A stretch of 64,000 bases of DNA from Candidatus Poseidoniaceae archaeon (GTDB lineage Archaea; Thermoplasmatota; Poseidoniia; Poseidoniales; Poseidoniaceae), in contig CBFIJH010000002.1 in the NCBI GenBank assembly GCA_965662895.1, positions 64,001-128,000 of the forward strand, read 5' to 3'. Shown here piece after piece: positions 57,197 through 64,000 of this stretch (positions are counted from its first letter, which is position 1; each line of letters opens with the position of its first letter). The translations under genes and the position numbers were made by a program. The notes under the pieces are model-generated. The model was not told where the DNA came from. It saw only the letters and a program-made list of their open reading frames with translations, and made no database searches.

Positions 57197-58402
57197 TCAC
57201 AAGAGAAGAACCTCGATTAATTCTCCAACTTCGCCTGATTGTCCGGGTTGCAAAAGTGTTAGAGCATCAGCTGAAGAGAGACTGTCGATGTTGCCAGAGC
57301 CTTGATGTTTCGGTTGATCTGCGACAAACCCGTCTGAGGTTGATACAAGCGTTACCCGTCGTAAGGTCAAGCAATCTTTTGTTGAACGAACCTTTGTTCT
57401 GAGGCGTGCATGAACGATCCGGTCTGAAGGATAAGGCGTTCCAAATGAACCCCGGAGATAAGGAACAACGAGCATTCGAAAAACAACATGGCTACTTACT
57501 GGGTTTCCAGGAAGTCCAAACATTGGTGTATTGTTCCAATGACCGAAGAGAGGTGGAGAACCCGGACGAATCTTGACTCTCCAGAAAACAAGTTCGCCTT
57601 CTGTCTCCATTAATTTTCGAACAAAATCCCACTCCCCCATCGAAACTCCACCAGAAGTGATGAAGAGGTCACATTCTTCTGCTGCGATATCGAATTGGTT
57701 TCGTAATGCATCCATTGAGTCGTGAACCGCAGGGTATCGTATTGGGATGTGCCCAAGCATCTTCACAAGTCCAGAAATTCCGTAGGAATTTGATTCGTAT
57801 ATTTCACCGTAATTCAAATCTTCACCGGGTGACTTGAGTTCATCTCCAGTTGAGATGATGCCTATTTTCAATCGTTTCATTACGGGTATCGTAGCGTAAC
57901 CCATGGTGGCACACATGGAGATCGATTGGGGGGTAAGATACGTTCCTTTTTTCAGTCCAACCTCTTCCTTTGCGATGTTTTCTCCACATTTTCGAATAAA
58001 GTGTGGTTTTGAAGGTTCATTCAGCGTCACAGAATCTCCGTCGATTGAGCATGCTTCAATTGGTACAATAGCATCTGCGCCTTTCGGTAATGGTGCACCT
58101 GTCATAATTCGGATTGCTTGTCCAGAACTGAGTGTGAGGTTCTCGTCCCCTGCTGCTGCTTGGGATGTTGCGACGATTTCAAGCGTTGAAGGGGCTGTTT
58201 TTGTATCCTGGAATTGAACTGCAAAGCCGTCCATTGCTGAATTATCAAAGGGTGGGTCGTTCACTTTTGAAGAAAGATCTGTGGCAAGAATGCGTTGATG
58301 AGCGTCATCAATACCAACGTTCTCAGTGGATACTGCGATTTTATGATTCAGTGCAAGAGATACGGCCTCTTGAAGAGGTAAAAAATACGGGACTTCTTTC
58401 AT
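57197..58402 (-). CDS. moeA: Molybdopterin molybdo/tungsto-transferase
   Basis: 'PPFDNSAMDGFA', 'RIMTGA', 'STGDEL', 'TSGGVSMG', 'GLPGNPVS'. Confidence 0.96.
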   Translation of the reverse strand: MKEVPYFLPLQEAVSLALNHKIAVSTENVGIDDAHQRILATDLSSKVNDPPFDNSAMDGFAVQFQDTKTAPSTLEIVATSQAAAGDENLTLSSGQAIRIMTGAPLPKGADAIVPIEACSIDGDSVTLNEPSKPHFIRKCGENIAKEEVGLKKGTYLTPQSISMCATMGYATIPVMKRLKIGIISTGDELKSPGEDLNYGEIYESNSYGISGLVKMLGHIPIRYPAVHDSMDALRNQFDIAAEECDLFITSGGVSMGEWDFVRKLMETEGELVFWRVKIRPGSPPLFGHWNNTPMFGLPGNPVSSHVVFRMLVVPYLRGSFGTPYPSDRIVHARLRTKVRSTKDCLTLRRVTLVSTSDGFVADQPKHQGSGNIDSLSSADALTLLQPGQSGEVGELIEVLLL

Positions 58403-58450
58403 TTTCTCACTTCTTTAACCAGTGGCTCTCTTCGCCAAACTCAAAGGTTT

Positions 58451-59797
58451 GTGTTGCTTCGCCATGATGTGGTTGATTCTACGAACCTTTTGGATGTGGT
58501 CATTCGAACCCTGTTAACAAGTGGTTCGGCGACGTTAATCGCTGGGGTACTTGGGATTGGTTTTGCTCTTATTCTCGCAAATGTAAGTTGGAAAGTGAAA
58601 CCATTTCTTCGCGCAGTCACCCAAGCATTGTACGGTCTACCTCCAGTCGTAGTAGGAATCGTTGTCTACATTGCGCTGAGCAAAGATGGAGTTTTTGGCT
58701 CGCTCAATTGGTTGTTTACAATTCAAGGAATGGTTGTCGCGCAGACAATTTTGATTTTTCCACTCATTTTTGGCATTTCATGGGCTGCATTGGAACGCGT
58801 CTCTTCGGAAAAAAGGGATGTGTTTCGAGTCATGAATGCCGGTCCCAAACAGCGAATTTTGCTTGAAATGTACTGTGCTCGAAGAGGCATAACAAATGCA
58901 GTTCTTCTAGGATTTGGACGTGCAATTGCAGAGGTTGGGGCCGTTATGATGGTTGGAGGAAATATTGCAGGGAAAACAAGAGTGTTGACCACCAGTGTGG
59001 TTCTTGAAACAAGTGTTGGCCATCTCGATGTTGCTCTGCAGATTGGTTTTGTATTGCTTCTCATTTCATTGATCACAGCCTTTGCACTTCAATTCCTTCA
59101 AGTCTTCAGATTTTTCGAACAGAAATCATTTGGAGAGGAAGACGGTCTTATGTCTTCATTTGATGATTTTATAGCAAGTTGGGAGAATATCAGTGTGAGC
59201 AAAGATGACACCAAAATTCTTGATCAATGTTCGATATCTGTTTCAAGTAACGAAATTGTTGCATTGATGGGAGAGTCCGGATCTGGAAAATCAACACTCC
59301 TGAGGGCTCTGGTGGGGCTGGAAGATTATGAATCCGAATACACTGATAATTTAGCATATGTAGCACAAAATCCGATGATGGTTATGGATACCATTGCAAT
59401 GGAGCTTGGTTTGTGCTCTCGCTTACACAGCGATTTGCCAAATGCTGGATTTTACTTCGCATCCCTTTGTGGTTTTGAAGAGAAGGGGGGGCAGCGCACT
59501 GAGACGCTTTCGGGGGGTGAAACTCAACGCCTGGCATTTTTACGAGCTCTGTCCATGAACAGAAAAATTCTGATTCTTGATGAGGTTACTTCTGAACTCG
59601 ATGGTACATCCATCGAGCGAATTGAACAGGAAATTCTGTCATTCAAGAGCCGCGGAGGAAGTGTAATTTTTGCAACACACAATCCATTTCAGGCTCAACG
59701 GTTGGCAGACCGAATACTCTACATTCATGATGGGAAACTAATCGATGAGAACCACGCAATTGCGGAACAAATTCGAGACGGGTCGATGATAGGTTAG
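58451..59797 (+). CDS. Fused tungstate ABC permease + ATPase (TupB-TupC fusion)
   Basis: N-half 'GLPPVVVG', 'GFGRAIAEVGAVMMVGGNI.GKTRVLTT'; C-half 'GESGSGKST', 'LSGGETQR', 'ILDE', 'ATH'. Confidence 0.9.
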   Translation: MLLRHDVVDSTNLLDVVIRTLLTSGSATLIAGVLGIGFALILANVSWKVKPFLRAVTQALYGLPPVVVGIVVYIALSKDGVFGSLNWLFTIQGMVVAQTILIFPLIFGISWAALERVSSEKRDVFRVMNAGPKQRILLEMYCARRGITNAVLLGFGRAIAEVGAVMMVGGNIAGKTRVLTTSVVLETSVGHLDVALQIGFVLLLISLITAFALQFLQVFRFFEQKSFGEEDGLMSSFDDFIASWENISVSKDDTKILDQCSISVSSNEIVALMGESGSGKSTLLRALVGLEDYESEYTDNLAYVAQNPMMVMDTIAMELGLCSRLHSDLPNAGFYFASLCGFEEKGGQRTETLSGGETQRLAFLRALSMNRKILILDEVTSELDGTSIERIEQEILSFKSRGGSVIFATHNPFQAQRLADRILYIHDGKLIDENHAIAEQIRDGSMIG

Positions 59798-60618
59798 TCC
59801 ACTGGTTGGCCGCTGTGGAATAGGGTTTGATTGTTTACGGTATAATTGTCAATTTCTTCGGCCGAGGATAGCAAAAAACTTCTCAATTCTAAAGTCGCAT
59901 CATTCTGCTCATTCTCGATAAGAAGAATGGAATATGGATTTACAAACAGCGTTTCATTAAATTCATGCATAAACAAATTCGTATTTTCTTGACGATAGAG
60001 TGCTGTTCCTCGATCGGATAAAGTCCAACATTCAAGTTCATTGGAAATCGTTATCGCAGCACCCATTCCTTGTCCAATTGATTGATATCCGTCCCAAACA
60101 GGATGGAACCCTAAAGAATCATCCACAAACTCAAAACTTGAATTGTTTGAGAAATCTCTCCATAATGCTTGTTCTTTTTGATGTGTACCTGAGTCGTCAC
60201 CGCGCGATACAAAACATTGATTTTGTGCAATAATCGAGTGAAGTGTCTCAAATAAATTACTTGACGGCTCCTTAGGCCCCAGAAGGACAAAGTAATTCCA
60301 AGCAAATGTTGTACGGTTGTTTGCAAATCCATCCTCAATAAATTGCATCTCGCGCTCGGGATCATGTGTAATGAGAACGTCAACATCGTTGTTCTTGGCA
60401 AGGGTCATCGCAGCACCAGAACCAACTGCGATGACATCAACATGGATGCCTGTTTGTTCCGTGAAATCCGGTAAAAGTTCTGAGAGAAGTCCAGAATCTC
60501 GTAACGATGTTGTGGTTGCAAGCCGTATTGTTGTTGATTCAGATTCATCCGCAACTTGCAAACAGCCCTGAAGCGATGGGAGGAGCAATAAGAAAATGAC
60601 AAGAATCCGTCGGTTCAT
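59794..60618 (-). CDS. tupA: Tungstate-binding lipoprotein
   Basis: Lipobox 'LQGC'; 'RLATTTS..DSGLL', 'AVGSG.A', 'FVSRGDDSGTH', 'GQGMG', 'LSDRGT'. Confidence 0.92.
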   Translation of the reverse strand: MNRRILVIFLLLLPSLQGCLQVADESESTTIRLATTTSLRDSGLLSELLPDFTEQTGIHVDVIAVGSGAAMTLAKNNDVDVLITHDPEREMQFIEDGFANNRTTFAWNYFVLLGPKEPSSNLFETLHSIIAQNQCFVSRGDDSGTHQKEQALWRDFSNNSSFEFVDDSLGFHPVWDGYQSIGQGMGAAITISNELECWTLSDRGTALYRQENTNLFMHEFNETLFVNPYSILLIENEQNDATLELRSFLLSSAEEIDNYTVNNQTLFHSGQPVD

Positions 60619-60619
60619 T

Positions 60620-60910
60620 TCAATCGAATGACATAATATTGCCACATTCAGGATATGTACATGTCACTGAATATCTTGCTCGTTTTGGTTTGCGAATCTT
60701 TAGTCTCGAACCGCACATATCACACTGAATTGTGATTGTCTCCGGCTCTTGTTTTTTCGGTGCATCCTCAAGTGTTCGGCCAACATCGGTCGACCATCCT
60801 AAAGAATCGGTATAGGAATCTGCCTTCTTGATCTTACTTTGACGGAGTGAGAGTCTTAGCTTTCGTTTCCTTCGTGGGCGTCTCTTACCACCTGGTGCTT
60901 TTGCCGCCAT
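60620..60910 (-). CDS. Small basic protein with C-terminal Zn ribbon
   Basis: K/R-rich N-terminus; 'CDMCG...CTYPECG'. Confidence 0.75.
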   Translation of the reverse strand: MAAKAPGGKRRPRRKRKLRLSLRQSKIKKADSYTDSLGWSTDVGRTLEDAPKKQEPETITIQCDMCGSRLKIRKPKRARYSVTCTYPECGNIMSFD

Positions 60911-60962
60911 GCTATCGACTATCGCTTTAGGTTGATGTATTCAACCCCTTCGGCGTATTGAA

Positions 60963-62276
60963 TCAATCCAAAATACCTGAAATTCCATTTTCTGGAACAT
61001 GAACGTTATGCCCCTTGGATTCCAGTGCTTCTGCGAGTGGAGGACGGGCCATGTTTGGATCCGAGTGATAGATGACGACATCCTCTGCTTGGCAGTCCTC
61101 AGCGAATTGAACAATTTCTTGATGTCCTGCATGGGTTGAAAAGGAGTATTGGTCGACATCAAGTTCAATGTTTGACAGCTTACCAAAGATGGGTACACGA
61201 CCTTCTTCGAGCAGTCTTCGACCTCCTGTATTTCGAGCTTGGTAGCCTGTAAGTAAAATTGCATTTTTTCTATCATGGCGTAATCGATTAAGGTACCAAA
61301 TCGACGGACCACCTTCCAGCATGCCCGATGTTGAAACAATAACGTCTGCATCGAGAGCCTTTTTACGATCTGATTTACTTGAAACACGGCGACACCATCT
61401 CCAAGCTGATTCAAGAGCTGTTGGATCTCGCAACGTTTCGGGGTGTTCCATTTGCAATTTAGCCACGCGCTTGCCCATACCGTCAACATGAACATCCAAT
61501 TCTGGGAGGTGTTTGTGTAAAAGCATGACAACATCCTGTGTCCGCCCATTTGCAAATGCCGGAATCAGTGCAGTTCCACCACGATCAACAACTTCTACGA
61601 CTCGTTCAATGAATCGCTCGTTCTCTTCCTGTTTTGGTGGATGATCACGACCACCATACGTCCCTTCAACAAAAAGGACGTCTGTCTTAACGGGTTTTGC
61701 ACCCTTTGTAAGTTGTGAATCTCTCGTATCAAAATCCCCAGAGAATAACACAGACTTGCTCGGAGTTTCGACATGAAGCATAGCTGCACCTGGAATGTGG
61801 CCGGCGCCATGAAGTTCGAGTTTCCAATTATCCTGTCTCCAGGATTTGTTGAACTTGTGTGTTTTCCATGCTGACAACGCAAGATCAATATCTCGTTTAT
61901 CCCAAGGAAGAGGATATCTTTCAATTGATGAAACCTTGTGGCAATCATACCACATCATTTCCGAAATCGCTGCAGTTAACTCTGTACCATGAAGTGTCGA
62001 ATTGTGGTTTGATGCAAGCCATGGTACCATCCCAAGGTGATCAATATGGGAATGTGTAATGATTGCATGAGCGACATGTGGCGCTTCGTTAGGATAACGG
62101 GGTGGTTTCGTCGGAGCGATACCATAATCAAGAAGAAGACGATTTGAGGATGGATCTTCGAGCACAATTCCAACATTGCCTACTTCGTTACCACCACCGA
62201 GATAATGATACCGTAGTCCACGTTCTGGAGGGGTTTGTGGGTAGCCAGATGTTCGACCTGGTGCATAGACGACCAT
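60963..62276 (-). CDS. beta-CASP MBL-fold ribonuclease (aCPSF2-like)
   Basis: 'LGGGNEVG', 'THSHIDHLG', 'AGHIPGA', 'FSGD', 'EGTYG', 'FSTHAG'. Confidence 0.93.
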   Translation of the reverse strand: MVVYAPGRTSGYPQTPPERGLRYHYLGGGNEVGNVGIVLEDPSSNRLLLDYGIAPTKPPRYPNEAPHVAHAIITHSHIDHLGMVPWLASNHNSTLHGTELTAAISEMMWYDCHKVSSIERYPLPWDKRDIDLALSAWKTHKFNKSWRQDNWKLELHGAGHIPGAAMLHVETPSKSVLFSGDFDTRDSQLTKGAKPVKTDVLFVEGTYGGRDHPPKQEENERFIERVVEVVDRGGTALIPAFANGRTQDVVMLLHKHLPELDVHVDGMGKRVAKLQMEHPETLRDPTALESAWRWCRRVSSKSDRKKALDADVIVSTSGMLEGGPSIWYLNRLRHDRKNAILLTGYQARNTGGRRLLEEGRVPIFGKLSNIELDVDQYSFSTHAGHQEIVQFAEDCQAEDVVIYHSDPNMARPPLAEALESKGHNVHVPENGISGILD

Positions 62277-62317
62277 AACTCAACGAATGAATTGTTATGA
62301 ATGAACTTGTGGGTGAC

Positions 62318-62499
62318 ACCCCTAGGTTTCCAGTGGAATCTGTTTGAGAGTCGAGACAATATATTTTCAGTGAGATTCTACAATAACAATATACACTATA
62401 CGCGAAATAATACGATTGTACTTTGTTGATTTATATCTATTATTTTCTTTGTTGATCTTTTGTCAAGCATCAGAGTAACTCCAGTGGAAATTAAGGGGT
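62318..62499. repeat. AT-rich segment bounded by imperfect 20-bp inverted repeats containing the palindrome TCCAGTGGA
   Basis: ACCCCTAGGTTTCCAGTGGA (62318-62337) and TCCAGTGGAAATTAAGGGGT (62480-62499) match 16/20 as inverted repeats. Confidence 0.6.
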
Positions 62500-62621
62500 A
62501 GGGATATGAATCTTCTTTGTAACAAGTGAAATCGAAAGGTTCTTTCTCTTGGACATAAATCTCTACAAAATTATTTCAAAATCATGGAAGATGAAATATG
62601 ACAGTGTCCACTGGAGCAAAC

Positions 62622-62810
62622 ATGCCACAACCATTCTTTGTTGTTGACGAAGATCTGTGCTATGGTTGTGGTGCGTGTATTGGCTTATGTCCAACAAGTG
62701 CGTTGTCAATGAAAGGTCTTCTTGCTCTTGTAGAACAGTCGAGTTGCACATATTGTGAACTATGCATCCCAAGCTGTCCCGTGGATGCTCTCTTTATTGA
62801 ATCGAGATGA
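62622..62810 (+). CDS. 2x[4Fe-4S] ferredoxin
   Basis: 'CYGCGACIGLCP' and 'CTYCELCIPSCP'; alternative start 62598. Confidence 0.93.
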   Translation: MPQPFFVVDEDLCYGCGACIGLCPTSALSMKGLLALVEQSSCTYCELCIPSCPVDALFIESR

Positions 62811-62814
62811 AAGC

Positions 62815-63504
62815 ATGAAGATTCTCATTGTTGGTGCAGGTCTTGTAGGTTATGGGTATGCTTATTCAGCTCTTAACAAAGGTTATGAAGTCCATATCGC
62901 AGACCATTCAATAGAATTCGGTTTACCAAATGTGTGGCCAAGTATTCTTTATGATCGCAAATCGATTCCACTTTCCTTTACAACCGATCAAGGATTTGAA
63001 GGTACAGATTCTTCATTTCGACATGAATGGATTATGAAAGGAATGAGCATTGAGTTGGCAAAACTTGGCGCAGAATTTTTTCACCGAACTCGAGTTTTAT
63101 CATCTCGGAAATCAGAAGATGGAATGTACTCCATAGATTTCAAAGGAGCCGGTCAGAAAACGGGTATGTTCGAATACAACAGAGTTATCGATACAACACA
63201 AGATACCTGGATACCTTGGGCAACCTCACACGTCCTTTCAGACGTATCCGTGCGGTACGATGTTGAACGAAGGGAAGCAACAGGATATGTTCATCTTCAA
63301 TCACACATGAATGAATTTAACGATGCAATTTACCAAATTCATCGACAAGATGGGCTATCTGAGTCGTGGTATTCGGGAAAACATACATCAACAAATCGAA
63401 AAGTGATTGAGATTATTTCAACAATGCTGCCAACAAATCACTCTTTGTGGGATTGTAGTCAACGTTTCCAACTAGGTATAGATTTGGAGAGTGGAACAAA
63501 ATGA
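62815..63504 (+). CDS. Short FAD/NAD-binding (Rossmann) protein
   Basis: 'KILIVGAGLVG' GxGxxG, 'GYEVHIAD'. Confidence 0.7.
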   Translation: MKILIVGAGLVGYGYAYSALNKGYEVHIADHSIEFGLPNVWPSILYDRKSIPLSFTTDQGFEGTDSSFRHEWIMKGMSIELAKLGAEFFHRTRVLSSRKSEDGMYSIDFKGAGQKTGMFEYNRVIDTTQDTWIPWATSHVLSDVSVRYDVERREATGYVHLQSHMNEFNDAIYQIHRQDGLSESWYSGKHTSTNRKVIEIISTMLPTNHSLWDCSQRFQLGIDLESGTK

Positions 63505-64000
63505 GAACAAAAAAACTCTATCTCGAATCAATTGAAGCAGCGTATATTGATGAATTTGCAGCAGAGGTTGTTGCAATTGAAGAAAACAAAATAGTTCTTG
63601 ATCAAACGCTGTTCTACCCACTTGGAGGTGGGCAGAATTGGGATCTTGGCACACTTGTTGGGCCAAATGGTGAAATGAATGTCGTCGAAGTTCGTGGGAG
63701 AGATGCTATTCATCATACAGTTGAAGACGCATTTGATCTTCAAATCGGCGATGAAGTTCGTGGAACAATCGACTTTGAACGACGTTATGCACACATGAGA
63801 ATGCATACGGCGCAACATCTTGTGAGTGGGATAGCCTATGAGATGTTTGACGGAGTTCGAACGGTTGGAAATCAAATCCATACAGAAAAGTCTCGAATTG
63901 ATTTCAAACCAATTCAATTTACTGAAGAGATGCTATTGGAACTCCAAGATGCTGTAAATGAACAGATACAGCATGGTTTGGAGGTTAGTGATTCTGAAAT
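63501..64000 (+). CDS. alaX: Alanyl-tRNA editing protein AlaX (3' truncated)
   Basis: Not in the ORF track: MRTKKLYL...'LDQTLFYPLGGGQ'...'MRMHTAQHLVS' (HxxxH); start overlaps the upstream stop (ATGA). Confidence 0.92.
   Translation, partial: MRTKKLYLESIEAAYIDEFAAEVVAIEENKIVLDQTLFYPLGGGQNWDLGTLVGPNGEMNVVEVRGRDAIHHTVEDAFDLQIGDEVRGTIDFERRYAHMRMHTAQHLVSGIAYEMFDGVRTVGNQIHTEKSRIDFKPIQFTEEMLLELQDAVNEQIQHGLEVSDSE

Overview
Gene-dense archaeal chromosome segment, very likely from a Marine Group II euryarchaeote (Ca. Poseidoniales, Thermoplasmatota). This is inferred from topo VI, Rpo12, Dph5, L18Ae/prefoldin/FtsY, GGGP synthase and GGR together with a proteorhodopsin, large secreted peptidases and surface proteins, and bacterial-type genes (GSII, PlsC-like acyltransferase, RluA, UvrA). 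It holds about 55 CDSs and two tRNAs (Arg-CCT, Asp-GTC). I found no CRISPR array, integrase or transposase. The most striking item is a head-to-tail triple ubiquitin-like (ThiS/MoaD/SAMP-type) polyprotein at 16556-17176. Each of its three units ends in VGG, and the last is capped by one extra residue, the architecture of a eukaryotic polyubiquitin precursor. Also notable are a MamK-like actin beside a long coiled-coil protein, several apparent pseudo-enzymes (SdhA-like, receiver, class II aldolase), a DTK-motif rhodopsin, a fused tungstate permease-ATPase, a PIP-like tail on Top6B, unannotated small Zn-ribbon ORFs and a recurring non-canonical GTTCA(A/T) upstream motif. All assignments come from reading motifs by eye; no database searches were run.
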